A stretch of 64,000 nt of DNA from Gammaproteobacteria bacterium (GCA_002691465.1 NZHP01000028.1:5263-69262), one strand, 5' to 3'. Counted from the first letter of the stretch, positions 29,594 through 41,222 are shown. The notes: generated by a model not told the origin, from the sequence alone. Made by a program: numbers and translations.

Positions 29594-30742
29594 TTACGCT
29601 GTTTTGTTTCTGAAGAGTAAAAAGTAAATCAGAATTGACAATGCAATGAATGCTCCAGAAAAATAGTTAATCAGCGAGGGGTTGCCGCTATTTAGGAGAG
29701 ATGCAATGACCGCATGACCGATTGAAATTCCTCCCAATTGTGAAGCGGGAATCATGACCGAGTAATTTCCAGATTTATCAACTCCTGCAATCATGCCCAT
29801 TAAAAATGGGCCAACGAAGTTCCAAGCAACTTGAAAGCAAACAGCTCTGAGTGTAAAACCGATCCAGCTAATTTCTCCGGTAAAACTCAATATGATCAAT
29901 ATTTGGACCGCTAGCGCCCCAAAAATTGCATGAGACCGGTCTACTTTGTCAATTAGGAATGAAGCCGAAATTGGACCAATGATACTCATTGCTGTGCTGA
30001 TGAATAAGGCTCTTCCGATGGCATCGCCGGTTAAATCATTATCTATTCCATATGGAACCAGGTTATTGAAAAATGGACCGACACCCATTTGCCAAATGAT
30101 CATGATCAATAGACCTATAATTGGTAATAAGACAATCTTTGATGATTCATTGGGATTGGAAACATTGACATCTTGCTGGTTTCCGTCAGACAGGTAGGTC
30201 ACAAAGAAAAGGCCAATAGCAGCCAGACCAATGGCGGGAATAATCATCCCTGAGATTCCATATTTTGTCATTGCGATTGGAACCAGAAGTGCAGTTAAAG
30301 ATCCCATGATCACTTGAGCCGCGACACTGTAAGCAAAGTTTTGGTCTGGATTATTTGTGCGGCCAATGGCAGCCACGCCAAGCGAAAAACAGACGCCATG
30401 CCCAAAGAGTCCCGTTATGAATCGAATAGCAACCAATAATGAAAATGAATTCTCATCAAAAGATCCAATGCTTGATAGAAGGTTCCCTATGATAATGATC
30501 GCGATTCCAAAATATGCGATATTTTCCCATCTGTATTTTTGTATCCAAAAGAAACCCAGCATTGAAGACAATGCCATACCCGCGATCTCGGCAGAAGACA
30601 CTAAGTTGGCTTGCGATTGACTGAACCCCAGCTCAGAAATAATACCGCCAACAAAAAAAGGCATTCCAAAAACAAAGAAAACACCCACACAACTAATCAT
30701 GATGGCTGCAAAGACTTCAATTTTTTTATCTGTCATAGGCAT
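29594..30742 (-). CDS. MFS-type membrane transporter
   Basis: About 12 hydrophobic segments and RFITGL.G motif; substrate unknown. Confidence 0.75.
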   Translation of the reverse strand: MPMTDKKIEVFAAIMISCVGVFFVFGMPFFVGGIISELGFSQSQANLVSSAEIAGMALSSMLGFFWIQKYRWENIAYFGIAIIIIGNLLSSIGSFDENSFSLLVAIRFITGLFGHGVCFSLGVAAIGRTNNPDQNFAYSVAAQVIMGSLTALLVPIAMTKYGISGMIIPAIGLAAIGLFFVTYLSDGNQQDVNVSNPNESSKIVLLPIIGLLIMIIWQMGVGPFFNNLVPYGIDNDLTGDAIGRALFISTAMSIIGPISASFLIDKVDRSHAIFGALAVQILIILSFTGEISWIGFTLRAVCFQVAWNFVGPFLMGMIAGVDKSGNYSVMIPASQLGGISIGHAVIASLLNSGNPSLINYFSGAFIALSILIYFLLFRNKTA

Positions 30743-30768
30743 ACAATTATTATGCTACATTTGGTTTT

Positions 30769-31422
30769 ATGAATAAATCAGAGAGGGCAAAATTTATCAT
30801 AAATGCTTTAAATGAAGCATATCCCGAAACGCCAATCCCACTCAATCATCAAGATGTTTATACTTTATTGATTGCAGTCTTACTGTCCGCACAGTGCACT
30901 GACAAAAGGGTCAATGAGGTCACACCAAAACTTTTTGCTTTGGCATCCGATCCTCTCTCGATGACTAAGTTATCGATTGAGTCCATCTATGAGATTATTA
31001 AACCTTGCGGCTTAGGCCCAAAAAAATCAAAAGCAATCAGTGATTTATCGCATATTTTGGTCCATGAGTATGATCAAAAAGTTCCTCAAACGTTTAAGGA
31101 ATTAGAACAACTGCCAGGCGTTGGACACAAAACGGCCTCAGTGGTTATGAGTCAAGGCTTTGGATATCCTGCATTTCCTGTGGATACCCATATTCATCGT
31201 TTGGCTCATCGATGGGGATTAAGCAATGGGAAGAATGTACAGAAGACAGAGAGGGATCTGAAAAGCATTTTTCCTGAAGCAGCATGGAATAGACTCCATC
31301 TGCAAATCATTTATTGGGGGAGGGAACATTGTCAAGCAAGGGCTTGCTTAGGTCTTGAATGCCGCATTTGTAAAACTTGCTATCCAAAAAGGAAGAATCC
31401 CATTAGACACAAACGAGGATAG
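30769..31422 (+). CDS. nth: Endonuclease III
   Basis: LLSAQCTDKRVN, HhH LPGVGHKTA, VDTHIHR and C-terminal Cys cluster. Confidence 0.95.
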   Translation: MNKSERAKFIINALNEAYPETPIPLNHQDVYTLLIAVLLSAQCTDKRVNEVTPKLFALASDPLSMTKLSIESIYEIIKPCGLGPKKSKAISDLSHILVHEYDQKVPQTFKELEQLPGVGHKTASVVMSQGFGYPAFPVDTHIHRLAHRWGLSNGKNVQKTERDLKSIFPEAAWNRLHLQIIYWGREHCQARACLGLECRICKTCYPKRKNPIRHKRG

Positions 31423-31425
31423 TAA

Positions 31426-31767
31426 TCAGCTGACTCTCTGTCCAGGTTTTGCTCCATCATCTGGTGAAATTAAAAAGACGCCCGAATCATCATCGCCAGA
31501 TGCTAGCAACATCCCTTCGGATACACCAAAGCGCATTTTTCTTGGCTTCAGGTTGGCAACAACGACGATCAGTTTTCCAATTAGTTCCGAGGGATCGTAA
31601 TATCCTTTGATGCCTGCAAAAATCGTTCTTTCCTCTGAGCCGATATCCACTCTGATTTCGAGAAGTTTATCGGCTTCTTCAACATCTTTTGCGTCAACGA
31701 TTCTAGCTACCCTCAAGTCTACATTGATGAATTCATCAAAATTTATAATGTTTTCTTCGTTACTCAT
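31426..31767 (-). CDS. Stand-alone MetRS C-terminal tRNA-binding (Trbp111-like) domain
   Basis: FDEF..VDLRVA, ADKLL, RTIFAGI and [15 protein letters not shown] motifs. Confidence 0.9.
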   Translation of the reverse strand: MSNEENIINFDEFINVDLRVARIVDAKDVEEADKLLEIRVDIGSEERTIFAGIKGYYDPSELIGKLIVVVANLKPRKMRFGVSEGMLLASGDDDSGVFLISPDDGAKPGQRVS

Positions 31768-33398
31768 TTTTTTATTATCCTTTCAATATCTTCCTCATTG
31801 ATTCTATAGAGTAGGCTTTCATAATTTTTGATTTTATGATTTTTGATCACATCTGAGATATTTGACCAGTCAAGATCAGATAAGTTCATAAATGATTCTA
31901 CATTATTTGCAACATCAGGCATCACGGGTTTTAGCATGATGGATAATTTTACAAATATATTGAGTGCATTGGTACAAACCCTTTGCACATTCTCTTTTTC
32001 CTTTTCACTTTTGATCATGATCCATGGTTTTTCTTGATCCAAATATTGATTCGCCTTGTCAGCCAAAAGCATAATTTTCCTCATTGATTGACCAAATTCA
32101 CGATTTTGATAGTGCGCTTTTATTTCATCGGCCTTTAAATCGAACGTTTTCATTAAATCCTCATCAATATCTTTAGATAAGTGATTATCAAAATGTTCTC
32201 TGATGAACTTTGAACTTCTACTGGCAATATTGATCCATTTTCCAATCAAATCTGCGTTTATCCTATTTTCAAAATCAGCTGTATCCAGATCAAAGTCATC
32301 GATACCTGAGGAACTCTTATATGCAAAATAATAACGAAGATATTCTGGATCTAGATGATCCAGATACGTCCTGGCCTTAATAAAGGTTCCTCTTGATTTA
32401 GACATCTTCTCACCGTTCACTGTTAAGAAGCCATTCACATAAATTGCATCAGGTTTTTTGAGACCGGCACCATCCAATACAGCAGGCCAAAAAAGAGCAT
32501 GGAAATATATGATATCTTTTCCAATGAAATGGACCATGTGTGTATTTGAATCATTATGAATATAATCTTCGAACTTAAGATCGGAATTATCTGATAGGTT
32601 TTTTAGGGATGCAAAATAACCAATTGGTGCATCCAACCAGACATAAAAGTATTTTTTCTCCTCACCTGGAATAAGAAAGCCAAAGTAGGGGTCGTCTCTT
32701 GAAATATCCCAATCTCTTAAACCGACTTCAAACCATTCCTTCAATTTTGAATTAACAGATGAGTGTATATCGATCGTTTCAATCCATTCACTGAGCATAC
32801 TTTCAAACATTCCCAGTTTCATAAAGTAGTGCTCCGATTCTTTCAAGCTTGGTGCTTTTCCAGATAGTACAGAAACTGGATCAATCAGGTCGGTTGGCTT
32901 ATATGTCGCACCACATTTTTCACAATTGTCACCATATTGATCAGCCGCATTGCATTTGGGACATGTACCTCTGACATAACGATCGGGTAGAAACATACCC
33001 TCCTGTTCATCATAAGCTTGCTCAATCACTTCAGTTCTTATGCAGTCATTCTCTTTGAGTTTCCCATAAATTTCCCTGACCAAGCTTTCATTTTCATTTG
33101 AATGAGTGGTGTGATAATTATCAAAAGACACATGGAAGTCTTTAAAATCATTTTCATGTTGACGGGTATATTCCAATGCAAGTTCTTCTGGCTCAACCCC
33201 TAAATCTTCAGCGCTCAGCATGATTGGAGTTCCATGCGCATCACTCGCACAAACAAAAACCACATCATGTCCTTGCATTCTTAGAAATCTAGACCAAATA
33301 TCAGCTTGAATATAACCAACCATATGACCGATATGAATGGGGCCATTAGCATAAGGCAAAGCATTGGTTACAAAAATTTTTTTATTTTCAAGACTCAT
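31764..33398 (-). CDS. metG: Methionine--tRNA ligase (catalytic part)
   Basis: ALPYANG, HIGH, CPKC...CEKC knuckle, [10 protein letters not shown] and KMSKS motifs. Confidence 0.96.
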   Translation of the reverse strand: MSLENKKIFVTNALPYANGPIHIGHMVGYIQADIWSRFLRMQGHDVVFVCASDAHGTPIMLSAEDLGVEPEELALEYTRQHENDFKDFHVSFDNYHTTHSNENESLVREIYGKLKENDCIRTEVIEQAYDEQEGMFLPDRYVRGTCPKCNAADQYGDNCEKCGATYKPTDLIDPVSVLSGKAPSLKESEHYFMKLGMFESMLSEWIETIDIHSSVNSKLKEWFEVGLRDWDISRDDPYFGFLIPGEEKKYFYVWLDAPIGYFASLKNLSDNSDLKFEDYIHNDSNTHMVHFIGKDIIYFHALFWPAVLDGAGLKKPDAIYVNGFLTVNGEKMSKSRGTFIKARTYLDHLDPEYLRYYFAYKSSSGIDDFDLDTADFENRINADLIGKWINIASRSSKFIREHFDNHLSKDIDEDLMKTFDLKADEIKAHYQNREFGQSMRKIMLLADKANQYLDQEKPWIMIKSEKEKENVQRVCTNALNIFVKLSIMLKPVMPDVANNVESFMNLSDLDWSNISDVIKNHKIKNYESLLYRINEEDIERIIKK

Positions 33399-33413
33399 GA
33401 TATTTGGAACATT

Positions 33414-35891
33414 TTACCTGAGTTTCATTAACAACACAGGCAGCAGTGTTAAATTAGCAAATAAAGCGAGCAACATCGCAAAAGCAGTGAACAGACCAAA
33501 ATAAATAGTCGGGATGAAATTAGAAAAAGCGAGTATTGAAAATCCCAAGATAATAATCACCGAGGTGAAATAGATCGCTTGTCCAGTACTATTATGTGCT
33601 TTATGTACGGCAATGCTAATGTCTGCATCATTAGACAATTCTTCTCTGAAACGGTGAACATAGTGAATCGAATGATCAACACCAATACCGATACATATTG
33701 CAGCAATTGTAATGGTCATGATATCAAGCGGTATATTCATCAGACCCATTAAACCCAAGACTGAAGAAGACGCAATGACGCTCGGAATCACTGCAATAAC
33801 AGCAAATTTTATGGATCGAAATAAGAATAAGAACATCATCATGATTGCGACAAAAACAAATCCAATAGTAAGAATTTGTGAGGTGATTAGACTCTCTAGG
33901 ACATTGTTATATAAGACCAACATTCCTGTAAGTTTCACCTGAGAATCTTTCAGACCAATTTCATTCGATAAGTCATGCTTGATTTTCTTTAATAGCTCAC
34001 CTCTCTGTAGGTCAGGGTATGACTCAAAGACTCTGAAAGAGATTCTAAGCTGATTCCCATCTTCTGAGAGATATGGGTCAAAAAGTGCTTCTTTTACGTC
34101 TTCTGGTACTTTCTTATAGAGAACGGAAAGAAAGAAAGTATCAATTTCATCACCATCGTTTAAGGTTTCTAAGACATCCATTGTTGTGTCAAATGAAATA
34201 ACTTTTCCTGCTTCATTCAATGATTCAAGATAATCATGAACAGCCTCGATGGTCTTCAGTCGATAGGAGTTATACCAATAGCTGTCACCACCAATGTCAT
34301 ATTCATCGTCTTCTTCAAAAAAAACCTCATCAAAAAAATCATCTTGTATCATTCCTTCATCATCATCGTTGAAGAAATCAGGATCAGCTTCAATAATGAT
34401 ATCCAGAGGCGTTGTGCCACCGAGTTTTGAGTCAATAACAGTCAAGCCTTGAAAAATCTCAGTGTCTTCCTTAAAAGCTTTGATGAACTGATTTTCAGCC
34501 GTCAACTTTGTAATGCCAGAAATACTGATTGCGAACATGATTGTAAAAAAAGCAATAATTTGAAGAGGTTTACGAATCACAAGATTCGCAAAAGCCTTTG
34601 TCAGCAGATGGCTTTTTTCTTTTTTCTCATCGTGATCAATTTTTAAGAAAAGGCTTAATAGCGCTGGAAAGAGGTTAAAGACCAAAATAAAAATTACACC
34701 CATGCTGATTAGCATCATCCACCCAAAGTCGATCACTGGTCTGATACCTGCGATCAATAGAGAACCAAATCCAACCATTGTTGTGATTGTCGTAAATAGA
34801 CACGGTTCGAATTTATCGCGCATAGTCATCATGACCAATGATGAATGATCTTTATCAGGATATAGCTTAACAAGCTCACGGTAGCGAACGGTGAGATGAA
34901 CAGTAATTGAAAGACTGAAAATTAATAACAGAGCCACAAAATTTGCCGAAACTACAGTAACCGGCCACGACATGTAACCCAATACACCAGTCATGATAAG
35001 CAAACCAACAACGCAACAAATCATTGAAATAAACATCCATTGTGGGTTTTTGAATATCACCAAGAGTGCAATCACAAGAAACATCAAGATGAGTAATCCA
35101 AATACTTCGATATCACTTTGAATATAATCGATCATGTCTACCGTGATCATCGGTACACCACCAAGGAATATTTCAGCGGATGATTTATATTTATCCAAGA
35201 CTGTTCTCACATCTGAAACCATGATGGCAGTTTCGTTCCTTTCAGCCTTTCTTAACCTTTTTACTTCTGAAGTAAATCGACCGAGCTCTGCTAATTCTGC
35301 TGAAGAAAGCTCAGAGTCTAATCTTTTTGCTCTGAGCGTATCCCTTTGATCAATTAAATCCTCCAGTTCATTATTTAATCTAATGTTAAGGAGCATTGCG
35401 GTTGTTTTGGCATCTTCGCTGATGATTAGATTTTGATATAAATTGCTGGTAGTGAGCTCAATTTTTGCCAGCTCTCTATCGGTTTCTGGACTTAAGTAAG
35501 TTGGAGCTGAATCAGCTATCTCAGCAAGACTCTTTGGCGGTGATTTAAGTAATGGAACATCCAAAATACTAACGACAGATTCAATTTGTTCCAATTTAGA
35601 TAGGTCATTTTTAAGGTTTGTTAACAGATCAATATTTTTTTCGTCAAATAAATCACCTTTGGGGCTAATGGTGACAACTAAAAACTCATCGTCACCATAC
35701 CTTGCCTTGATGTTTCTGTAGTATCGCAAATCTTCATCATTCTCGAGTAATAATGAATCTGACGATGCATCAAGTTCAAAATATTGGATGTTGTATGAAA
35801 AAAATCCTAAAAACGAAACGACCAACATGATCGTAATAAACGGATTCATGGTTGGTTTTTCCAATAGCCAATTGATGATTTTTTTTAACAT
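33414..35891 (-). CDS. MMPL/RND-superfamily transporter
   Basis: Two-repeat RND topology; GIGVDHSIHY, TTMVGFGSL and LGGTTPLD motifs. Confidence 0.85.
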   Translation of the reverse strand: MLKKIINWLLEKPTMNPFITIMLVVSFLGFFSYNIQYFELDASSDSLLLENDEDLRYYRNIKARYGDDEFLVVTISPKGDLFDEKNIDLLTNLKNDLSKLEQIESVVSILDVPLLKSPPKSLAEIADSAPTYLSPETDRELAKIELTTSNLYQNLIISEDAKTTAMLLNIRLNNELEDLIDQRDTLRAKRLDSELSSAELAELGRFTSEVKRLRKAERNETAIMVSDVRTVLDKYKSSAEIFLGGVPMITVDMIDYIQSDIEVFGLLILMFLVIALLVIFKNPQWMFISMICCVVGLLIMTGVLGYMSWPVTVVSANFVALLLIFSLSITVHLTVRYRELVKLYPDKDHSSLVMMTMRDKFEPCLFTTITTMVGFGSLLIAGIRPVIDFGWMMLISMGVIFILVFNLFPALLSLFLKIDHDEKKEKSHLLTKAFANLVIRKPLQIIAFFTIMFAISISGITKLTAENQFIKAFKEDTEIFQGLTVIDSKLGGTTPLDIIIEADPDFFNDDDEGMIQDDFFDEVFFEEDDEYDIGGDSYWYNSYRLKTIEAVHDYLESLNEAGKVISFDTTMDVLETLNDGDEIDTFFLSVLYKKVPEDVKEALFDPYLSEDGNQLRISFRVFESYPDLQRGELLKKIKHDLSNEIGLKDSQVKLTGMLVLYNNVLESLITSQILTIGFVFVAIMMMFLFLFRSIKFAVIAVIPSVIASSSVLGLMGLMNIPLDIMTITIAAICIGIGVDHSIHYVHRFREELSNDADISIAVHKAHNSTGQAIYFTSVIIILGFSILAFSNFIPTIYFGLFTAFAMLLALFANLTLLPVLLMKLR

Positions 35892-35988
35892 TTCTTTATC
35901 TTACTCTTACTGGTGCATGTCTAAATTTTAGTGCATCATACTATCTACAATAAATAGTTTAATTTATTTCTATTAATTATCTCGGACA

Positions 35989-36555
35989 ATGACGATTAAA
36001 TCTGATAAATGGATCAAAGAAATGGCATCAAATCATGGGATGATTGAGCCTTATGCAGAATCTCAAATTAGGCATTCAGATGGGAATGATCTAATCTCTT
36101 ATGGCACATCAAGCTTTGGTTACGATGTTCGATGTGCGACTGAATTTAAAGTTTTTACAAATATAAATTCAGCCATTGTAGACCCCAAGTCATTTGATGA
36201 AAATAGTTTTGTTAACTTTGATTCTGATATATGTATTATTCCTCCGAATTCATTTGCATTGGCAAGAACAATTGAGTATTTCAGGATACCGAGAAATGTT
36301 TTGACCATTTGCTTGGGTAAATCTACTTACGCACGTTGTGGAATTATTGTGAATGTTACACCTCTGGAACCTGAGTGGGAAGGTCATGTCACTCTAGAGT
36401 TTTCAAATACAACACCATTACCAGCAAAGATATATGCGAATGAAGGCGTTGCCCAGATGATATTTCTTGAATCTGATGAAGACTGCGAGGAATCGTATCG
36501 AGATCGAAAAGGAAAGTATCAGGGCCAAACAGGCGTTACATTACCCAAAACCTAG
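35989..36555 (+). CDS. dcd: dCTP deaminase
   Basis: [20 protein letters not shown] and TPLEPEWEG motifs. Confidence 0.96.
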   Translation: MTIKSDKWIKEMASNHGMIEPYAESQIRHSDGNDLISYGTSSFGYDVRCATEFKVFTNINSAIVDPKSFDENSFVNFDSDICIIPPNSFALARTIEYFRIPRNVLTICLGKSTYARCGIIVNVTPLEPEWEGHVTLEFSNTTPLPAKIYANEGVAQMIFLESDEDCEESYRDRKGKYQGQTGVTLPKT

Positions 36556-37214
36556 TTTTTCATTACAATGCTCGGCTTCAAAAGCACTTTGTTATCTAGG
36601 TAAACCTTCTCAGAATCAAAGATCAACCTTTTTTCACAAAACCATTTAATTGCTTTCGAGTATATGATGTACTCACCTTGCTGTACTTTTTTCTGAAGTG
36701 AGTCACGATCATCATGTCTTTCAATTTCGAACTGATATTGAATGATCACTGGCCCTTCATCCAGCTCTGGGACCACAAAATGAACGCTTGCCCCATGTAA
36801 TTCTTCACTATTATCAATTACTCTTTGATGTGTATTCAGCCCTTTATATTTAGGAAGTAAGGACGGATGTATGTTCAGAATTCTTCCTACAAATATGTTG
36901 CAAAAGTTTATATTCAGTATCTTCATGTAACCGGCCAAAATAATTAGATCCGGATTGATCGAAAGCATTTCTATTTCTAAAGATTCATCAAATTCTCTAC
37001 GATTTTTATACGTTGAGTAATCGATGATTTTTGTATCAATGCCTTCCCTTTTTGCCCTTTTAAGTCCCTTAGCTTTTGGATTATCTGAAATTACAGAAAC
37101 CAGCTCGATCTGGAGCATTTCATTATTGATATTTTCAATGATGGTTTGAAGGTTTGTTCCGCTGCCAGAAATTAAACAAACAGCCCTGCATTTTGGCTGA
37201 TCGCTATCAACCAT
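36552..37214 (-). CDS. purN: Phosphoribosylglycinamide formyltransferase
   Basis: [25 protein letters not shown] and HFV..ELDEGP motifs. Confidence 0.96.
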   Translation of the reverse strand: MVDSDQPKCRAVCLISGSGTNLQTIIENINNEMLQIELVSVISDNPKAKGLKRAKREGIDTKIIDYSTYKNRREFDESLEIEMLSINPDLIILAGYMKILNINFCNIFVGRILNIHPSLLPKYKGLNTHQRVIDNSEELHGASVHFVVPELDEGPVIIQYQFEIERHDDRDSLQKKVQQGEYIIYSKAIKWFCEKRLIFDSEKVYLDNKVLLKPSIVMKN

Positions 37215-38247
37215 GATTGATGATCACAGATTTCTCACCACTCTTGATAGATCCGATTTCATAAGCTTCGATTCCTTCATCTTGGAAGTGGTTGATTACA
37301 GAATCTCTAATATCCTTTTTTACAACGATCACGTATCCAATGCCACAATTGAATGTTTTAAGCATTTCATCAGAATCGATATGAGCCTCTCCCTGAATCC
37401 AATGAAAGACAGACGGCAAGTTCCATGATTTTTTATCAATTATTGCCTGAAAACCATCTGGGATTGACCGGATAATATTTTCTTTGAATCCGCCACCTGT
37501 AATGTGTGCCATTGATTTGACTTCATATTTTTCAAGACAGCTTAGAACCGATTTACTGTATATGATCGTGGGCTTTATAATTCGTGATCCAATTTTTTCA
37601 CCATCGATCAATTCATCTAGATCGACTGAATTTTTTTCAATTATTTTCCTTATAAGCGAATAGCCATTGGAATGGGGGCCAGAGGATGCAAGCCCTATAA
37701 TCGAATCACCTTCTGATATTCTTGATCCATCAATGATTTTTTCGTAATCAACAACACCAACGCAAAACCCTGCAAGATCAAAGTCACCCAGCTGATAGAC
37801 TCCTGGCATTTCTGCAGTTTCTCCACCAATGAGTGCCATTTCAGATTGCACACATCCATTTGCAATCCCCTTTATGATTCTTTTTGCTTGTGCGTTATCA
37901 AGCTTTGAGGTTGCAAAATAATCAAGAAAGAATAGAGGTTTAGCACCAGAAGTAATGATGTCATTGACGCACATGGCAACCAGATCAACCCCGACCCCTT
38001 CAAGAATATCAAGCTCTTGTGCCAGCTTTACTTTTGTCCCAACACCATCTGTTCCTGAAACAAGAACAGGTCGATCAATGCCTTTTGTGCTTAATTCGAA
38101 TAACCCTCCGAAACCACCGATATTAGACAACACATCATCAGTTAGTGTTTCTTTGATTATAGGCTTGATCTCATCGATCAAATCATTGGCTTTGTCAATA
38201 TCTACGCCAGAATCTGAATATGTTATTTTTGACTTTTGGTTACTCAT
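37207..38247 (-). CDS. purM: Phosphoribosylformylglycinamidine cyclo-ligase
   Basis: GTDGVGTK, GGETAEMPG, HSNGYSL and HITGGG motifs. Confidence 0.97.
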   Translation of the reverse strand: MSNQKSKITYSDSGVDIDKANDLIDEIKPIIKETLTDDVLSNIGGFGGLFELSTKGIDRPVLVSGTDGVGTKVKLAQELDILEGVGVDLVAMCVNDIITSGAKPLFFLDYFATSKLDNAQAKRIIKGIANGCVQSEMALIGGETAEMPGVYQLGDFDLAGFCVGVVDYEKIIDGSRISEGDSIIGLASSGPHSNGYSLIRKIIEKNSVDLDELIDGEKIGSRIIKPTIIYSKSVLSCLEKYEVKSMAHITGGGFKENIIRSIPDGFQAIIDKKSWNLPSVFHWIQGEAHIDSDEMLKTFNCGIGYVIVVKKDIRDSVINHFQDEGIEAYEIGSIKSGEKSVIINHG

Positions 38248-38366
38248 TCCTAAAAAGTGTGTCCTTTCTAATCCGAGCTATGATAATTAATTGAAAGTCT
38301 ATATTATCATCAAGATAATCATTAATCTTTGAGATATTGTTGATGAGCTCTTATTTTCAATTGCGA

Positions 38367-38921
38367 ATGTCATATATACCGAATGCAATTTGCATTCTTC
38401 GAATAATTTTGGTCATTCCCATCATTGATTTTCTATGGGATAAGCAATACGAGAATGCTTTAGGGCTTATCGCTATCGCTGGTATCTCAGACTTTTTAGA
38501 TGGTTTTTTAGCAAAAAAAAATAATTGGAGATCAAAACTAGGTGCCGCACTTGATCCAGCAGCAGATAAGATTCTCTTGGTGAGCTTATTTGTTGTGCTT
38601 TATTTGATGGATTTGATCCCATTTTGGTTAATGGCAACTGTTCTAATGAGAGATATAATGATCCTTTTCGGCCTTTCGCTTTATTATTATTTTATTGAAA
38701 AGCCAAGACCTGACCCGACTTTCATTAGTAAGCTAAATACTTTTTTGCAAATATTCTTTGTCCTTTTTGTCATCGCCAGCCAAATATTCAATCCAAATTT
38801 GGATCTTTTGGTCCAATTCACAGGAGCTCTGGTTTTTCTGACTTCGATTCTGAGTGGATTGGATTATTGGATTTCATGGTCGATCAAGGCAAAAAAGATC
38901 ATTACTGCCAGGACTGCTTAA
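38367..38921 (+). CDS. CDP-alcohol phosphatidyltransferase family protein
   Basis: IPN..R and SDFLDGFLAK...LGAALDPAADK motifs; usual position upstream of hda. Confidence 0.88.
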   Translation: MSYIPNAICILRIILVIPIIDFLWDKQYENALGLIAIAGISDFLDGFLAKKNNWRSKLGAALDPAADKILLVSLFVVLYLMDLIPFWLMATVLMRDIMILFGLSLYYYFIEKPRPDPTFISKLNTFLQIFFVLFVIASQIFNPNLDLLVQFTGALVFLTSILSGLDYWISWSIKAKKIITARTA

Positions 38922-38925
38922 AATA

Positions 38926-39606
38926 GTGAAGCAGCTCCCACTCCCTGTAAAGATCTCTCAATATATGACTTTTGAGAGTTTTTTCATCGGCCGTAATTCA
39001 GAATTAATAGAGGCTCTAAAAGATGAAGGCCAGAGACTCATCTGGATCGCAGGAGAGTCTGGAAATGGTAAAACGCATCTTCTAAGTTCTTTATGCAATG
39101 AATATGATTCTGCTAATAAGCGAATTCAGTATCTAAATATGGAAGAAGCAAATAACTATTCACCGGAGATTATTGATGGCCTTGAAGCATTGGATCTAAT
39201 TGCAATAGATGCTTTTGATTCTGTGGCAGGAGAGTATTCATGGGAGGAGAAATTCATGCATCTGTATGAAAGCATTCTAAATGTTAACACCCGATTAATC
39301 ATCGCATCCAAAAACACACCAAAAGGGCTGGATTTTAAAATCCCAGATTTGGAATCACGCTTTTCTTTGGGATTGTTATTCAGAATAAATCCCCTTGATG
39401 ATGATGAGCTTGTTACCGCAATTCAGCTCCATGCGAATGCAAGAGGGTTCGAGTTGCCTAAAGATTCTGCAAGGTTCATTATTAAGCGAACACCAAGAAG
39501 CGTCAATTCTCTGATAGATATTTTAAATATCCTTGATTATGAGTCATTATCAAGCCAGAGAAAGTTGACCATACCCTTTGTGAAGTCGATTTTAAAGCTC
39601 AGTTGA
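38926..39606 (+). CDS. hda: DnaA regulatory inactivator Hda
   Basis: GTG 38926 gives QLPL clamp-binding motif; GNGKTHLL, PDLESR and RKLTIPFVK. Confidence 0.92.
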   Translation: MKQLPLPVKISQYMTFESFFIGRNSELIEALKDEGQRLIWIAGESGNGKTHLLSSLCNEYDSANKRIQYLNMEEANNYSPEIIDGLEALDLIAIDAFDSVAGEYSWEEKFMHLYESILNVNTRLIIASKNTPKGLDFKIPDLESRFSLGLLFRINPLDDDELVTAIQLHANARGFELPKDSARFIIKRTPRSVNSLIDILNILDYESLSSQRKLTIPFVKSILKLS

Positions 39607-39680
39607 ATCATCCGGTGATTATCGTATAGACGTTGCTTAATTTGATTGATATTCTTTCATTTGTTGATATGACCAAAGAA

Positions 39681-39983
39681 ATGAAGAAATACTTAATATC
39701 CTTAGTGATTGTTTTAGCGCTTAGCGCATGCGCAACATTGCCTCCATTGCAAGAGATGAGTAACGCAAGGCAAACCATTGCAGCAGCAAAAGAAATGAAT
39801 CCCATGACAGAACAATCTGAAAAAATACAAGAAGCTGAACGCCTTTTATCCAGAGCCGAGAGAAGAATGGAGGTCAATCTCTATGAATCGGCTAGACAGG
39901 ACGCTTTGAGAGCCCAAAAAGAAGCAATTGAGTTCATCGAGTGGGCAATTTCACAATCCAATGATAGAAAACAAGACGATTGA
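39681..39983 (+). CDS. DUF4398-like lipoprotein
   Basis: MKKYLISLVIVLALSAC lipobox, PPLQEMSNARQ.I.AA and helical body. Alternative start 39669. Confidence 0.7.
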   Translation: MKKYLISLVIVLALSACATLPPLQEMSNARQTIAAAKEMNPMTEQSEKIQEAERLLSRAERRMEVNLYESARQDALRAQKEAIEFIEWAISQSNDRKQDD

Positions 39984-41222
39984 TCAATCTTTTAGCTGAC
40001 TGGCAACCTCACTGATCTTAATATCTCTTTTCTCACCCGTTATCCTTGACGTCACTTCAATTATATTTTTCTCGATTCCTCTTTTTCCAACAATGACTTG
40101 CTTAGGAATGCCCAACAAGTCTGCATCTGCGAATTTAACTCCTGCTCTTTCATCGCGATCATCTATCAAGACATCTATGCCATCCGATTTGAGCTCTTGA
40201 TAAATTTTTAATGCTTGATCCAAGACACTTGAGTCATTCTTATCATTCAAGACAATAATTAAAATCTCAAATGGTGAAATGGCTTTTGGCCAAATGATTC
40301 CCTTTTCATCGTGGTTTTGTTCGATTGCAGCTGCAACAATTCTGGAGATACCGATACCGTAACAGCCCATGTATGGATTGACATTTTTGCCATTGGAATC
40401 CAAAACCTCGAGTTTCATTGATTTGCTGTATTTATCGCCCAGTTGAAATATGTGTCCTACCTCAATTCCGCGAGCATACGTTAACTCTCCACCTTTCGGC
40501 GCATTTTTATCCTCTAATGTTTCTACGTTTGCTGCAAAGTTTTCATCATCACAAAAAGCGATTTGATCTTCACCAGAATCTGCTATCACATGGAATTCAT
40601 GCGAGACCGAACCACCGATTTCTCCGCTTGTAGCTTCAACTCTCCTAAAATTAAGTTCCAATTTTTTGAATATGCTTTGATACGTTTGATTCATATTTTC
40701 ATATTCTTCTTCAAGGGATTCTTGGTTTAGATGAAATGAGTAAGCATCTTTCATCAGGAATTCTCTCGCTCTCATAACGCCAAATCGAGGTCTGATTTCA
40801 TCTCTGAACTTAGTTTGAATCTGATAGAAGTTGACCGGTAGCTGTTTATAGCTCTTTACACTTTTTCTGAGTATATCTGTAATAACCTCTTCATGCGTAG
40901 GACCGTAACAAAAAAGACGATCATGACGGTCATGAATTTGTAAAAGGAGATCACCGTAGTCTTCCCATCTATTGGTTTCTTGCCATAATTCTGAAGGTTG
41001 TATCGTTGGCATCATTACTTCAAAAGCTCCAGATGCATCCATTTCTTTTCTCACCGTTTGCTCAATCTTTCTTAAGACTTTCAATCCAAACGGCATCCAT
41101 GTGAATATTCCAGAAGCCAATTTTTTTATGAGTCCTGCCCTCAGCATGAGTTGATGTGAAATGAGTTCGGCATCAGACGGAGCATCTTTGAATGTTTTTA
41201 GAGGATAATTCGATAATTTCAT
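39984..41222 (-). CDS. proS: Proline--tRNA ligase lacking the INS editing domain
   Basis: GPTHEE, FRDEIRPRFG, GIEVGHIFQLG, MGCYGIG and GVKFADADL motifs; only 412 aa. Confidence 0.95.
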   Translation of the reverse strand: MKLSNYPLKTFKDAPSDAELISHQLMLRAGLIKKLASGIFTWMPFGLKVLRKIEQTVRKEMDASGAFEVMMPTIQPSELWQETNRWEDYGDLLLQIHDRHDRLFCYGPTHEEVITDILRKSVKSYKQLPVNFYQIQTKFRDEIRPRFGVMRAREFLMKDAYSFHLNQESLEEEYENMNQTYQSIFKKLELNFRRVEATSGEIGGSVSHEFHVIADSGEDQIAFCDDENFAANVETLEDKNAPKGGELTYARGIEVGHIFQLGDKYSKSMKLEVLDSNGKNVNPYMGCYGIGISRIVAAAIEQNHDEKGIIWPKAISPFEILIIVLNDKNDSSVLDQALKIYQELKSDGIDVLIDDRDERAGVKFADADLLGIPKQVIVGKRGIEKNIIEVTSRITGEKRDIKISEVASQLKD

